Source: Pseudomonadota bacterium (GTDB lineage: Bacteria; Pseudomonadota; Alphaproteobacteria; Rickettsiales; UBA8987). Taken from it: DNA of 64,000 bases. The notes under the pieces were generated by a model. The model ran no database searches, was not told the origin of the DNA, and worked only from the letters and a program-made list of their open reading frames with translations. The stretch covers positions 2,604-66,603 of the forward strand of contig JBEHXK010000008.1 of the NCBI GenBank assembly GCA_048498735.1. Direction: 5' to 3'. Shown one piece after another: positions 19,100 to 29,771 of the stretch; the stretch's first letter is position 1, and each line of letters opens with the position of its first letter. Position numbers and translations under genes: made by a program.

Positions 19100-20152
19100 A
19101 TGATGATCAGAAATTTTATCTTCCTGTCGCTGTTATTATTGCTGACATCATGTTTTGCTGGTCCGAAACAGAATCTGCAATTAAAGAAATATAATTACGC
19201 CGCACTTAAAGGTTGGAATGAGGCCAATGTTAGGCCTGGTTTCGCAGCATTCAGAAAAAGCTGTGCTGTAATATCCGGTGATAAAACACGGGCGAATAAA
19301 TTATTTTCAGCTAATGAAACAAATTGGAAAGATGTTTGCAGAAAATCATATCAGGCAAAATCCGGCAGTAGCTTTTTTGAGGGGAATTTCACGCCTTACC
19401 TGGTGACATATAATGGCAATAGCAGGGGGAAATTTACCGGTTATTATAAAACGGAAATAGCAGCCTCGTTAAATAAAACATCAGTTTACAAATATCCTAT
19501 ATACAGAACACCTGACGATCCAAAACTTTTGAATTTGAGCCGTCGTGAAATTGAAAATGGTGCGTTGAATGGTAAGCATTTAGAGATCGCTTACGCTAAA
19601 AGTGCAGCAGAACTATTCTTCATGCACATACAGGGTTCTGGGATTTTAAGACTTCCTGACGGCACTAAAGAGAAAGTTAATTTTGCCGCTAAGAATAACA
19701 AAGATTATACCGGTATTGGCAGTTATATGCTGCAAAACCATATGATTCAGCACGGCAGTGCTGAGGAAATAAAAGACTGGTTAGAAAAACACCCTGTAAG
19801 TGCCAGATCGGTCATGAATATGAACGATAGATATGTTTTCTTTACCCTGACAAAAGCAAATACTTATGGCAGCCTGGGTGTAGAATTGACAGACCAGGCA
19901 ACGCTTGCAGTTGACCCGACATATATACCGCTTGGCGTTCCATTATGGCTGCAAACGAGCATTCCGGAGCAGGGTGGATTTAACCGCCTAATGAATGCGC
20001 AGGATACCGGTTCAGCAATTAAAGGGCCGATAAGAGGCGATGTTTATTTTGGTGAAGGTGAGTGGGCTGCACATACCGCAAGTGGTATGAATAATGACGG
20101 CAGCTATTTTATGTTGCTACCAAAAAATATTAATCCAGATTCTTATTTTTAA
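19100..20152 (+). CDS. mltA: Membrane-bound lytic murein transglycosylase A
   Basis: Lipobox LLTSC; FTGYY, IQGSG, AVDP..IPLG and AQDTGSAIKGPIRGD motifs. Confidence 0.94.
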   Translation: MMIRNFIFLSLLLLLTSCFAGPKQNLQLKKYNYAALKGWNEANVRPGFAAFRKSCAVISGDKTRANKLFSANETNWKDVCRKSYQAKSGSSFFEGNFTPYLVTYNGNSRGKFTGYYKTEIAASLNKTSVYKYPIYRTPDDPKLLNLSRREIENGALNGKHLEIAYAKSAAELFFMHIQGSGILRLPDGTKEKVNFAAKNNKDYTGIGSYMLQNHMIQHGSAEEIKDWLEKHPVSARSVMNMNDRYVFFTLTKANTYGSLGVELTDQATLAVDPTYIPLGVPLWLQTSIPEQGGFNRLMNAQDTGSAIKGPIRGDVYFGEGEWAAHTASGMNNDGSYFMLLPKNINPDSYF

Positions 20153-21194
20153 GAATTATCAGACTATCAGGCCCAAGTTTTCTTGTTTCAGTAATATTGA
20201 AATTATTTTCAGGCAATTCGGTCAGGTTTAAATCTGATATTGCAGACAATGAATTCCCGCCCAAAAATTTTGCAGCATAAAATATATGAATTTCATCGAT
20301 AAGATTGGCTTCTAAAAAGCTTGCCAACACTTTACTTCCGCCCTCAATAAGAATTCTTTCATGTCCTTTTTCAGCAAGAGTTCTCAATATAAAATTAAGA
20401 TCAAGGCCATTGTTTGTTGTTGGCGTTTCAATGATTTCTGCACCTTGCAAGTTACGATTTTTACTAGAAAAAATTAAGGTATTGCCAGTAGATTCATCTA
20501 ATATTTTTGCATTCTCCGGTATGCGATTTTTTGAATCCAAAACTATTTTTGTAAGTTTTTTCCCCAAACCATCTAAGCGGCATGAAAGTTGAGGGTTATC
20601 AGTTAAGATAGTATTTATACCCACCAATATTCCATCAACTTTGCTTCTTAGCATCTGGCCGTAATTACGCGCTATTTCTGAAGTTATATATTGGCTTTTG
20701 CCATTGCTTAGTGCGATCTTTCCATCTGCAGAAGCGCCTATTTTAGCAATTATATAGGGGCGATTTTTCTGCACTGTATAAAAGAATGGCCGATTAATTT
20801 CCATCGCCTCTTTAGAGCAAATATTTTCTGTAACTTCTATTCCTGCGGCTTTCAACTTCTCTATCCCACCCGCAGCTTTAGGGTTTATATCGCGGTTAGC
20901 TATTACAACTCGCTTTATGCCCGCTTTAATTACTGCTTCTGAACATGGTGGCGTTCTGCCATAATGATTGCAAGGCTCCAGAGTTACATATATGATTGCC
21001 CCCTTAGCATCACTTCCAGCTTGCTGGATCACTTGAGGCTCTGCATGAATGCCCTTTTGCGAAGTATGTGCAATTGATATAACGCGATTATTTTTTACAA
21101 GAACAGCACCAACACTTGGTTTAGGAAAGGTTTTTCCAACGCCTGCTTTTGCAGCCGCAATTGCGATTTGCATGAAGCGTATATCGTTATTCAC
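20130..21194 (-). CDS. ribD: Riboflavin biosynthesis deaminase/reductase
   Basis: HAE, TLEPCNHYGRTPPC, S.DGKIA and IEGG motifs. Confidence 0.95.
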   Translation of the reverse strand: MNNDIRFMQIAIAAAKAGVGKTFPKPSVGAVLVKNNRVISIAHTSQKGIHAEPQVIQQAGSDAKGAIIYVTLEPCNHYGRTPPCSEAVIKAGIKRVVIANRDINPKAAGGIEKLKAAGIEVTENICSKEAMEINRPFFYTVQKNRPYIIAKIGASADGKIALSNGKSQYITSEIARNYGQMLRSKVDGILVGINTILTDNPQLSCRLDGLGKKLTKIVLDSKNRIPENAKILDESTGNTLIFSSKNRNLQGAEIIETPTTNNGLDLNFILRTLAEKGHERILIEGGSKVLASFLEANLIDEIHIFYAAKFLGGNSLSAISDLNLTELPENNFNITETRKLGPDSLIILKNKNLD

Positions 21195-21649
21195 TAAACT
21201 TTCTTCTTAATTGTATTAACGAATTCTTCGAAATCTTTTGTGTCCGAGAAATCTTTATAGACTGAAGCGAAGCGGATATAAGCAACCTTATCAAGCTTTG
21301 AAAGTTCGCTCATAACCTCATTACCGATAGTTACGGCTTCAATCTCAGCTTCACCAGATTTTTCCAGTTTGCTGACAATTTTATCCACTACAGCTTCGAT
21401 CTGATCTTCACTTACAGGACGTTTACGGGTTGAAAGAATTATCGAGCGGCTGATCTTTTCACGATCAAAAGGTTTTTTCTCACCATTTCTTTTAAGAACG
21501 GTAAGTTCGCGCAATTGTACGCGTTCAAAAGTGGTGAAACGGGAATCGCATTTGGGGCAATATCTGCGTCTTCTGATGTATGAACTATCATCAGAAGGTC
21601 TGGAATCTTTCACCTGGGTATCAACAAAACCGCAAAACGGACATTTCAT
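21194..21649 (-). CDS. nrdR: Transcriptional repressor NrdR
   Basis: MKCPFC..VKDSR..RRRRYC..C..RFTTFE and AYIRFASVY motifs. Confidence 0.97.
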   Translation of the reverse strand: MKCPFCGFVDTQVKDSRPSDDSSYIRRRRYCPKCDSRFTTFERVQLRELTVLKRNGEKKPFDREKISRSIILSTRKRPVSEDQIEAVVDKIVSKLEKSGEAEIEAVTIGNEVMSELSKLDKVAYIRFASVYKDFSDTKDFEEFVNTIKKKV

Positions 21650-21682
21650 TTCAAGCTTCTATATTTCAGAGACAAAGATAAA

Positions 21683-22996
21683 CTAAAATGCGACGCTGTA
21701 AATAGGGAAGCTTTTGCAAAGCACTTCAACTTCCTTACGAACTTTCTGTTCAACGGCAGCATTATCTTCAGGGTTTTTCGCAAGCCCATCAAGAACATCG
21801 CCGATCAGATTGCCAATCTTTTCAAACTCTTTTTCCTTAAAGCCGCGTGTAGTGCCGGCAGGAGTGCCAAGCCTTACGCCAGATGTAACGAAAGGAGGTT
21901 GCGGATCAAACGGGATAGCGTTCTTATTGCAGGTAAGGCCTGCGCGCTCTAAACTTTCCTCGGTTGCTTTACCGGTTAGATTTTTAGGACGAAGATCAAC
22001 CAGAACTATGTGGTTATCAGTGCCGCCGGAAACGATATCAACACCACGTGCGATCAGAGTTTTCGCTAAGATACGAGCATTAGTAACCACTTGAGCAGCA
22101 TATTGTTTGAATTCAGGTTGCAGATCTTCAAGGAATGCAGTTGCCTTACCAGCTATAACATGCACAAGCGGGCCACCTTGAATGCCAGGGAAGATCGCTG
22201 AATTGATCGCATTACCAAGGAGGATATCTTTACCAGCCTGGGTTTTGCCAATGACCTTATCAGGGAAATTAGAAACGATGATACCGCCACGTGGGCCACG
22301 AAGAGTTTTATGAGTTGTTGATGTAACAACATCAGCGTAAGGCACTGGTGAAGGATAAACACCACCAGCAATAAGGCCAGCGATGTGCGCCATATCAACC
22401 ATGAAATAAGCGCCAACTTCATCAGCGATCTCACGGAATTTTTTCCAATCTACAATGCGGGAATAAGCGGAGAACCCAGCGATTATAAGTTTTGGTTTGT
22501 GTTCGCGTGCAAGTTTTGCAATCTCTTCATAATCAAGCAGACCATCTTCTTTTTTTACACCATATTGAACAGCTTTGAACCATTTGCCTGACTGGTTAGG
22601 TGCGGCACCATGTGTTAAGTGGCCACCTGCAGAAAGTGCCTGACCAAGAATTGTATCACCTGGTTTTATAAGCGTATTGAAAATTGCCTGATTGGCCTGA
22701 GAGCCTGAATTAGGCTGCACGTTCGCATATTTAGCGCCGAATAATTTGCATACGCGGTCTATTGCCAGCTGCTCAACTTTATCAGCGAATTCGCAACCAC
22801 CATAATATCTTTTACCAGGATAACCTTCAGCGTATTTATTAGTAAAAACCGAACCCTGAGCTGACATAACAGCGCGGCTGGTTATATTTTCAGAAGCTAT
22901 AAGTTCGATCTGATTCTGCTGGCGATCAAGTTCACCTTCGATCGCGTTGAATAATTCTTTATCAGTTTCCTGAATGGTTGATTTGAAGAAAGACAT
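21683..22996 (-). CDS. glyA: Serine hydroxymethyltransferase
   Basis: [21 protein letters not shown] and [13 protein letters not shown] motifs. Confidence 0.98.
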   Translation of the reverse strand: MSFFKSTIQETDKELFNAIEGELDRQQNQIELIASENITSRAVMSAQGSVFTNKYAEGYPGKRYYGGCEFADKVEQLAIDRVCKLFGAKYANVQPNSGSQANQAIFNTLIKPGDTILGQALSAGGHLTHGAAPNQSGKWFKAVQYGVKKEDGLLDYEEIAKLAREHKPKLIIAGFSAYSRIVDWKKFREIADEVGAYFMVDMAHIAGLIAGGVYPSPVPYADVVTSTTHKTLRGPRGGIIVSNFPDKVIGKTQAGKDILLGNAINSAIFPGIQGGPLVHVIAGKATAFLEDLQPEFKQYAAQVVTNARILAKTLIARGVDIVSGGTDNHIVLVDLRPKNLTGKATEESLERAGLTCNKNAIPFDPQPPFVTSGVRLGTPAGTTRGFKEKEFEKIGNLIGDVLDGLAKNPEDNAAVEQKVRKEVEVLCKSFPIYSVAF

Positions 22997-23051
22997 TTTA
23001 AACCCTTAATTGATTAGCTGGCTTGCGTTTTAAAGGGTAAAATAGATTTGT

Positions 23052-23483
23052 TCAACAGGATAATTTCTTGACCCTGGCCTCATGCCTGCCGCCTTCAAAA
23101 GAAGTGCTTAGGAAGATATCCAGAAGTTTGGTGGCGGTCTTTGTATCTATCAGCCGGGCGCCAAATACGGCAATATTAGCATCATTATGCTGGCGGGATA
23201 ATTTCGCAGTTTCTTCATTATATAAAATCACTGCACGGGCAGCCGGGTTCCTGTTTGCTGCAATGGAAATGCCAACGCCCGAGCCACATATAAGCACACC
23301 TTTTTCTGCTTTTTTATCCGCAATATCTTTCGCAAGGGCAATACCAAAATCAGGATAATCAACGGAAGCTTCAGAGTTCGTACCAAGATCAATGACCTGG
23401 TATTTATCCTGTAAGTGAGCTTTAAGTTCTTCCTTCAATTTAAAGCCTGCATGATCAGAGGCTATAAGTATTTTTTCCGGCAT
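23052..23483 (-). CDS. rpiB: Ribose-5-phosphate isomerase B
   Basis: SDHAG, SVDYPD, CGSGVG, RQHNDAN and FEGGRH motifs. Confidence 0.96.
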   Translation of the reverse strand: MPEKILIASDHAGFKLKEELKAHLQDKYQVIDLGTNSEASVDYPDFGIALAKDIADKKAEKGVLICGSGVGISIAANRNPAARAVILYNEETAKLSRQHNDANIAVFGARLIDTKTATKLLDIFLSTSFEGGRHEARVKKLSC

Positions 23484-23484
23484 A

Positions 23485-24384
23485 TTAGCAATTTGTTCCT
23501 TCGGTACAATCTAACCAATCTTTGGTTTTGTAAATTAAAACATCATCAAAATAACTGGTTGTTGTATTAACTTTTGCATCGGTGTTTCTTGGAACATCAT
23601 AAAAGATATTATCGTTATTTGAATTGGAAACTTCATATGTTCCACCAGCACCAAATGTCGAGGTTTTATAAACACCCCTAGGATTATATGAGCGATAACC
23701 GTTTGCACCATGGCTTAACACAAGAAAAGCAGCACAGTCATTAATAACCACATTATAGAATGATGGAGCCTGGGTAGCAAAACAATCTCTGACCCTATAA
23801 GCAGTGTTTGCAGGTGGGCCATTATAAGCGTTATATTCAGCTGCGCTAGGTGCCCTTGTAAGCAGAGAATTATTGCCGCTATCTTCTACTCTTATATTTA
23901 TAGTTGGGGCAGTTGGGGTGCCTGTAGCAAGATTAGAACTGGTTGCCGCAGCATATCCCGTGGGAATGGTCATTACAGTATTTACAGAATATGTGAACTT
24001 ATTGCCCCAGGCATCAAACATATATTCTGGCGGTATGCCAAGCGAAATAACAGGAACAGCGCCCGAAGAAATGACAATATTACCAGAAGAATAGGTATTA
24101 TCAGCGCTAGAGCATGAATTGGGAAGTACGGGTATTCCCGTGCCAAAATTGGCGTTGTCCAGAAGAATAGTGGATGATGCAGGACAAGGTAAATGGCCGT
24201 TAGCGGATTTATAAACTTTCAAAGCCTCTGCAATAAACTGTAAGCGTTTCTGGGTGACATCATATTTGTCAGCAACATCTTTTTTGCCCAATATATTCAC
24301 TGCAACTGAGGCAAATATAGATACAATCAGTATAACAACTGAAAGCTCTATAAGACTGAAACCATATAATTTTTTATTTTGCAT
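23485..24384 (-). CDS. Prepilin-type (type IV pilin/pseudopilin-like) protein 3
   Basis: KKLYG|FSLIEL class III signal; LPCP, DAWGNKF, SHGANG and FDD motifs; 6 Cys. Confidence 0.85.
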   Translation of the reverse strand: MQNKKLYGFSLIELSVVILIVSIFASVAVNILGKKDVADKYDVTQKRLQFIAEALKVYKSANGHLPCPASSTILLDNANFGTGIPVLPNSCSSADNTYSSGNIVISSGAVPVISLGIPPEYMFDAWGNKFTYSVNTVMTIPTGYAAATSSNLATGTPTAPTINIRVEDSGNNSLLTRAPSAAEYNAYNGPPANTAYRVRDCFATQAPSFYNVVINDCAAFLVLSHGANGYRSYNPRGVYKTSTFGAGGTYEVSNSNNDNIFYDVPRNTDAKVNTTTSYFDDVLIYKTKDWLDCTEGTNC

Positions 24385-25087
24385 AATTCATCAAATGAGA
24401 ATTTTTTATTTGGTCAAAGCTCCAGAAATATATCAGATCATCAAACGTTCTAAAAGGTATAGACATCATAAAATTATTTGTATTACCGGCATTTAATTTT
24501 TCCTGATTTGAAGCCGTGCCCGGAACCGCTCTTTGCCCACCACCAACTGCAGGGTATGATCCATAACCATTTTCACCTGCGCTTAATAACATAACAACAA
24601 CCGGTCTGCTTTCAACAACCTGGAGGTTATCATTAAAATTTAAAATGTTTATTCCTGCAGCCGGTGCAGCATTCAATCCATTAGCGGCTGCAACAGGAGT
24701 TGCAATGGCATATATGAATCTATTTCCCCAGGCATCGACAGATAAAGCTGGCGGCACACCAAGGCTTGAAACAGGAAGCATGCCCCGCGACATGTTGGCG
24801 CCGGTATAGTTGGCACTTGTACATGTGCCTGAGTAATTACCTATGCCATAGTTACCATCTGAAACGCGTAATGTGCCATCAGCAGGGCAGGGCAGATTAT
24901 TGTTCCTGAGGGCATATTGCTTTATATAGCTCATTACCAACTGCATTCTCAGCTGGGTCTGCTCATATCGGCTTTGCGAGGTATATTCACGATATACAAG
25001 CAGGCCGCTTCCTATGGCAATGGAAACGATCACAAGAACGATCGCAAGTTCAATTAGAGAAAAACCTTTCCTGTTTTGTTTCATCAT
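24374..25087 (-). CDS. Prepilin-type (type IV pilin/pseudopilin-like) protein 2
   Basis: RKG|FSLIEL signal; LPCP, DAWGNRF, SAGENG and FDD motifs. Confidence 0.85.
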   Translation of the reverse strand: MMKQNRKGFSLIELAIVLVIVSIAIGSGLLVYREYTSQSRYEQTQLRMQLVMSYIKQYALRNNNLPCPADGTLRVSDGNYGIGNYSGTCTSANYTGANMSRGMLPVSSLGVPPALSVDAWGNRFIYAIATPVAAANGLNAAPAAGINILNFNDNLQVVESRPVVVMLLSAGENGYGSYPAVGGGQRAVPGTASNQEKLNAGNTNNFMMSIPFRTFDDLIYFWSFDQIKNSHLMNYAK

Positions 25088-25848
25088 TGATTTATATATT
25101 TTGGCAGGTCTGTTACTTTTTTAATAAGCATTATATCATCAAACCCAACATTTGGGGTTGCCTGAATAAATGTTGCATTTAAATTGCTGTTCTCGATTTC
25201 ATCAGCGTTAGGTGAATCCTGGCCAACTATAGGCGGAGTAGCTGTGGGGTCATCATAACGATACCGATATTTAACCCCTTGATCATTAAAGCCACCATAT
25301 CGATTTTCTCCATGGCTTATGAGTATATAAGCGATATTCTGGCCGGCAGCTACATTTGCACCACCACCACGCGTTCTTATGGTATAGCTGTTACCAAAAT
25401 TAGAGGCTGAATTAATATAGTTGGCCGTTGATACATAATCTTGAGTAATGATAAAATCAAAATGCATATCCCACGCATCAAGATCATCTTTGGCATTAAG
25501 ACCAAGAGTTATGATAGGAACTGCACCCAACACATAAATAGGGCCTGCAGACAGAGCATCTACGGTAGAACAGGTGTTTGTGGTTGGAACGGTGCTTAAG
25601 CCTGAATTAACATCAGATGTTGCTATCTTCAGTGAGGAAGGACATGGCAGATGGCCATATTGGGCAACATATTTATCTATAGCTGCTTCAATTATTTCCA
25701 TTTTTTGTTTGGTCTCATAGATCTTAACGGCATCAATCCTGGCTTTGCTGGTTGAGATGATCATGCCAAGCAGGATAGAAATTATAACAATCACAAGCGC
25801 CATCTCCAGAAGGGAAAAGCCTGAATTGTTATGATCTGCTTTATTCAT
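25084..25848 (-). CDS. Prepilin-type (type IV pilin/pseudopilin-like) protein 1
   Basis: SG|FSLLEM signal; LPCP, DAW, SHGEN and FDD motifs. Confidence 0.85.
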   Translation of the reverse strand: MNKADHNNSGFSLLEMALVIVIISILLGMIISTSKARIDAVKIYETKQKMEIIEAAIDKYVAQYGHLPCPSSLKIATSDVNSGLSTVPTTNTCSTVDALSAGPIYVLGAVPIITLGLNAKDDLDAWDMHFDFIITQDYVSTANYINSASNFGNSYTIRTRGGGANVAAGQNIAYILISHGENRYGGFNDQGVKYRYRYDDPTATPPIVGQDSPNADEIENSNLNATFIQATPNVGFDDIMLIKKVTDLPKYINQ

Positions 25849-26321
25849 TAACGACCTATTACATTATCAAGATATTTTATATCAAGATCTTGCAAACCGC
25901 TATAACTGTTTAAAATAACACCATCTTTCGAGATCAGGACAAGAACCGGTATGGCTTCAAACCCAAAGGCATGTAAAAGATCAGAATTGGGGTCGTTATA
26001 AACCCCTAAATTACTGATATTGGTGGATTGCATGTAATTCTTGATATCATCCTCGCCGGTGTCATCAATAGAGACAGGGATTATTTCGAAATTATCTAAA
26101 TTTGCGTGTAATTTTTTAAGTATAGAAAGGGCGGGCATCTGTTGCTTGCAATATGGGCACCAAGTTGCCCAAAACATAAGCAAAACCGTTTTGCCCTTAA
26201 AATCAGAAAGTTTGTAGGTTTTGCCAGAACCGTGGAACTCAACATCCTGCCAATAATCTGCTTTTGCTTCTAATGAAAAACAGAAAACTGTCAGGAATAA
26301 AATAATGAATAATTTACGCAT
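25848..26321 (-). CDS. Exported TlpA/ResA-family thiol-disulfide oxidoreductase
   Basis: Signal peptide ending AKA|D; LSDFKGK, FWATWCPYC and cis-Pro 'AIP' motifs. Confidence 0.88.
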   Translation of the reverse strand: MRKLFIILFLTVFCFSLEAKADYWQDVEFHGSGKTYKLSDFKGKTVLLMFWATWCPYCKQQMPALSILKKLHANLDNFEIIPVSIDDTGEDDIKNYMQSTNISNLGVYNDPNSDLLHAFGFEAIPVLVLISKDGVILNSYSGLQDLDIKYLDNVIGR

Positions 26322-26327
26322 CAAATA

Positions 26328-26654
26328 TTACTTCTTTTCTTCAAGAATCTGCTTTGCGGCTATAATATCGAATTCAGAATTTTTAATGCGGACTTCAGTT
26401 TCTTTAAGCTCAACGCCGGCTTTTTCAGCATCCTGTATGATCTTGTTTATAACAGCGCCAGGCTTTTTATCATCTATGCCGTAATTTACTATTTCCAAGG
26501 CATATTTAAGAGACTCCTCATCACCAAAACCGATTCTTTCAGCCGCCCATAATCCTAATAATTTACGACGTCTTGAGGTTATTTTGAACCTTACCTCTTC
26601 ATCATATGCAAAGCGGTTTTCATGGGCTCTTTCTCTTTCTTCAAACATAGTCAT
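26328..26654 (-). CDS. DUF1476 protein (F1Fo-ATPase inhibitor zeta subunit family)
   Basis: MTMFEERERAHENRFAYDEEVRFK..RRRKLLGLWAA. Start at 26654 avoids the overlap with purC. Confidence 0.88.
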   Translation of the reverse strand: MTMFEERERAHENRFAYDEEVRFKITSRRRKLLGLWAAERIGFGDEESLKYALEIVNYGIDDKKPGAVINKIIQDAEKAGVELKETEVRIKNSEFDIIAAKQILEEKK

Positions 26655-26742
26655 AGATTTCTCACAAATAAATTGATTTAATGGGTTTTTACCTATAGAT
26701 ATATCATAAATTTTATTCCTCAATAAATCAAACTGAGAATCA

Positions 26743-27531
26743 ATGCCGAAAAAGAAATTGACCAAAAAACTTATCTACGAAGGAAAATCCAAAATATTAT
26801 ATGAAGGCACCGAACCGGGCACCATAATTCAATATTTTAAAGATGATGCCACCGCTTTCAATGGCGAAAAACATGAAATTCTTTCTGGAAAAGGTGTTCT
26901 AAACAATAGGATATCTGAATATGTAATGCAAAAACTGGAAGATATTGGCATTCATACGCATTTCATTAAGCGCCTTAATATGCGTGAACAACTGGTTAAA
27001 GCGTGTGAAATGATCCCGATTGAGATTCTTGTAAGAAACGTTTCTGCGGGCACTTTATGCAGAAGGTTTGGCATTGAAGAGGGTATCAATTTTTATCGTC
27101 CTGTTATTGAGATGTGTTTAAAAAGTGACAAATTGGGTGACCCATTTGTTACAGAAGAACATATTGAAGTTTTTGGATGGGCAGCGCCGGAAGAAATTGA
27201 AGCGATGAAAAATATCGCAATCAGAGTGAATGATTTCCTGAGCGGTGTTTTCCATGCTGTAGGCATAAAACTGGTTGATATGAAAATCGAATTCGGTCGT
27301 ATTTACGATGAGAACGGCAATCTATATCTGCTTGTTGCTGATGAGATCAGCCCGGATTCATGCCGTTTGTGGGATATCCAGACAGGAAATATTCTGGATA
27401 AAGACAGATTCCGTAAAAATCTAGGTGGCCTTCAGGATGCGTATCGTGAAGTTGCGAAAAGACTTGGCGTAATTCATGATTCGGAAATGAATGTTGTTGA
27501 TATACACGAATTAAGGAATGAGGATAAATAA
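26743..27531 (+). CDS. purC: SAICAR synthetase
   Basis: [36 protein letters not shown] and DKDRFR motifs. Confidence 0.97.
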   Translation: MPKKKLTKKLIYEGKSKILYEGTEPGTIIQYFKDDATAFNGEKHEILSGKGVLNNRISEYVMQKLEDIGIHTHFIKRLNMREQLVKACEMIPIEILVRNVSAGTLCRRFGIEEGINFYRPVIEMCLKSDKLGDPFVTEEHIEVFGWAAPEEIEAMKNIAIRVNDFLSGVFHAVGIKLVDMKIEFGRIYDENGNLYLLVADEISPDSCRLWDIQTGNILDKDRFRKNLGGLQDAYREVAKRLGVIHDSEMNVVDIHELRNEDK

Positions 27532-27773
27532 TGAAGGCGAGAGTATTCATAACTTTAAAAAATGGCGTGCTTGACCCGCAAGGTAAAGCCATCCAGGGTA
27601 GCCTGGAAAACCTTGGTTTTCATGGCATTAAAGCGGTGAGACAAGGCAAACTGATTGAAATTGCATTAGATGAAAAAGATAAAAATAAAGCTTCAGAAAA
27701 GCTTGATAATATCTGCAAAAATCTTCTGGCAAATACTGTAATTGAAAATTACGAATACGAAATAAAAGAGTAA
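27531..27773 (+). CDS. purS: FGAM synthase subunit PurS
   Basis: LKNGVLDPQGKA, VRQGK and LLANTVIE motifs. Confidence 0.96.
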   Translation: MKARVFITLKNGVLDPQGKAIQGSLENLGFHGIKAVRQGKLIEIALDEKDKNKASEKLDNICKNLLANTVIENYEYEIKE

Positions 27774-27776
27774 TTC

Positions 27777-28460
27777 ATGAAAGCGGGCGTAGTTGTATTT
27801 CCTGGTTCGAATTGTGACCGTGATATGAAAGCGGCGCTTGAAGCTGTCGGCGCTGAAGTTACAATGCTTTGGCATAAAGAAACATCTATTCCCAAACTTG
27901 ATCTAATTGCGCTACCAGGTGGCTTTTCTTATGGTGATTATTTGCGTTGCGGTTCAATGGCGGCACACTCTAACCTGATGAAGGAAATAAAATCATTTGC
28001 AGATAAAGGCGGATATGTTCTTGGTGTTTGTAATGGTTTTCAGATATTAACAGAGGCGCAGATGCTTCCTGGCGTTCTAATGCGCAATAAGAACCTGAAA
28101 TTCATTTGCCGTGATGTTTTCCTGAAGCCTGAAAATGTTGAGACCAGCTTCACCAGCAAATATAAAGAAAAAAAATTAATAAAAGTTTCTATAGCACATG
28201 CTGATGGAAATTATTTCCTTCAAGATGATGAATTGAAAGCACTTAATGATAATGACCAGGTTGCATTCAGTTATGTTAATAAAGATGGCATTATTGATGA
28301 TGAATCAAACGTAAATGGTTCAGTTTCAAATATTGCCGGTGTTTTCAATAAGAAGAAAAATGTTCTTGGCCTTATGCCTCACCCGGAACGTCATTGCGAT
28401 TATGCAACTGGCGGCATTGATGGCAGGCTGCTTTTTGAAAGCCTGTTAAATTCTATATAA
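27777..28460 (+). CDS. purQ: FGAM synthase glutaminase subunit PurQ
   Basis: FPGSNCD, PGGFSYGDYLR, GVCNGFQ and MPHPER motifs. Confidence 0.97.
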   Translation: MKAGVVVFPGSNCDRDMKAALEAVGAEVTMLWHKETSIPKLDLIALPGGFSYGDYLRCGSMAAHSNLMKEIKSFADKGGYVLGVCNGFQILTEAQMLPGVLMRNKNLKFICRDVFLKPENVETSFTSKYKEKKLIKVSIAHADGNYFLQDDELKALNDNDQVAFSYVNKDGIIDDESNVNGSVSNIAGVFNKKKNVLGLMPHPERHCDYATGGIDGRLLFESLLNSI

Positions 28461-28464
28461 TTAA

Positions 28465-29187
28465 TTAACCTTCGATCGATTTCAGGAATGCGCGCTCAAG
28501 CGAGTTGATGCCCATTTTCTCTTTAAAGCCAACAGGTGTGCCGTAATATATTATTTTTGTATTGTGCAGAATGGCGATCTTGTCGCAGATCTCATCAATA
28601 TCAGAAAGAATATGAGAGCTGAAGAATATGGTGTTTTCTGTATTGCTGCGGACATAATCAATAAGTGCATCTTTCAAAGCGATACGTGCGCTCGGGTCCA
28701 AACCGCTCATAGGCTCATCAAGCATTATAAAAGGTGAGCCGACAAGTAATGAAGAAAGCAGGCCTAATTTCTGGCCCATACCCTTTGAATAGCTTGAAAC
28801 GCGATTTTTAAGCACATCAGGATCAAGCCTTAGAATACGAGCAAGGCGCACAGCATCAGGCTTGTGAAATGGTTTGTTATAATAAGAGCAGGTAAGCCTT
28901 AAGAATTCTTCACCTTTTAGAAAAATTGATGGCTGGAATTTCTCAGGCAGGAAGGAAAGGTTGGTTCTGGCATCTTTATTTTTAACATTTTCACCGTAGA
29001 TATTCGCATCACCTGAATCAGGATCAAGCAGGCCAAGGATGATCTTGATCATGGTGGTTTTGCCAACGCCATTTAGGCCTATAAGGCCAAATATTTCACC
29101 CTGGTTTACATCAAGCGAGATATTATCAAGAACAAGGTGATCTTTGAATTGTTTAGTAAGGTTTTTTATCTCAAGTGGTTTTGTCAT
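28465..29187 (-). CDS. ABC transporter ATP-binding protein (ABC-2 exporter type); no permease nearby
   Basis: GLNGVGKT, YSKGMGQK, LDEPMSGLD and SSHIL motifs. Confidence 0.9.
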   Translation of the reverse strand: MTKPLEIKNLTKQFKDHLVLDNISLDVNQGEIFGLIGLNGVGKTTMIKIILGLLDPDSGDANIYGENVKNKDARTNLSFLPEKFQPSIFLKGEEFLRLTCSYYNKPFHKPDAVRLARILRLDPDVLKNRVSSYSKGMGQKLGLLSSLLVGSPFIMLDEPMSGLDPSARIALKDALIDYVRSNTENTIFFSSHILSDIDEICDKIAILHNTKIIYYGTPVGFKEKMGINSLERAFLKSIEG

Positions 29188-29771
29188 TTCTGTAATAATC
29201 TTTCAATATATCTTGCTAATAAATCTATCTCTAAATTAACTCTGGAGCCAATCTCAAGCAGATGTAAATTTGTTTTTTCTAAAGTGTGCGGAATGATATT
29301 AACTTCAAATATATCATTTTCAACTTTATTTACTGTTAAAGAAACTCCGTTCAAAGTTACCGAACCTTTCGCGGCAATATATTTTTTATAGCTTAAAGGG
29401 AGCTTAAATTTTAGCTGCCAATTACCATCGATAATTTTTTTATCAACCACCTCAGCAATGGTATCAACATGGCCGGTAACTATATGGCCGCCAAGCTCGG
29501 CGCCAATTTTCATCGCCTGCTCAAGGTTGATCTGATCGCCCTTTTTAATGTTAGTGAAGTTGGCTATATCTAAAGTTTCCGGTGAAAGATCAAACTCAAC
29601 AAAAGGCTTATTCTTTTTCACAACCGTTAAACAGCAGCCATTACATGATATTGAAGCGCCCATATCTATTTTATCAATGTCATATGAGGTTTTAAGGGTT
29701 AGCCTGATGGAATCAGAAGATCTTTTAACCTCTTCAACAATGCCAATATCTGTAATTATTCCGGTGAACAT
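29184..29771 (-). CDS. ribE: Riboflavin synthase (alpha chain)
   Basis: MFTGII start; SISCNGCCLTV, GGHIVTGHVD and KGSVTLNGVSLTV motifs. Confidence 0.95.
   Translation of the reverse strand: MFTGIITDIGIVEEVKRSSDSIRLTLKTSYDIDKIDMGASISCNGCCLTVVKKNKPFVEFDLSPETLDIANFTNIKKGDQINLEQAMKIGAELGGHIVTGHVDTIAEVVDKKIIDGNWQLKFKLPLSYKKYIAAKGSVTLNGVSLTVNKVENDIFEVNIIPHTLEKTNLHLLEIGSRVNLEIDLLARYIERLLQK

Noticed and set aside
26655-26765. N-terminal extensions given in the ORF track for DUF1476 (also def, pstS, rlmH and hisS)
   Set aside because: They use upstream alternative starts that mostly overlap neighbouring genes. Family similarity begins at the downstream ATG.
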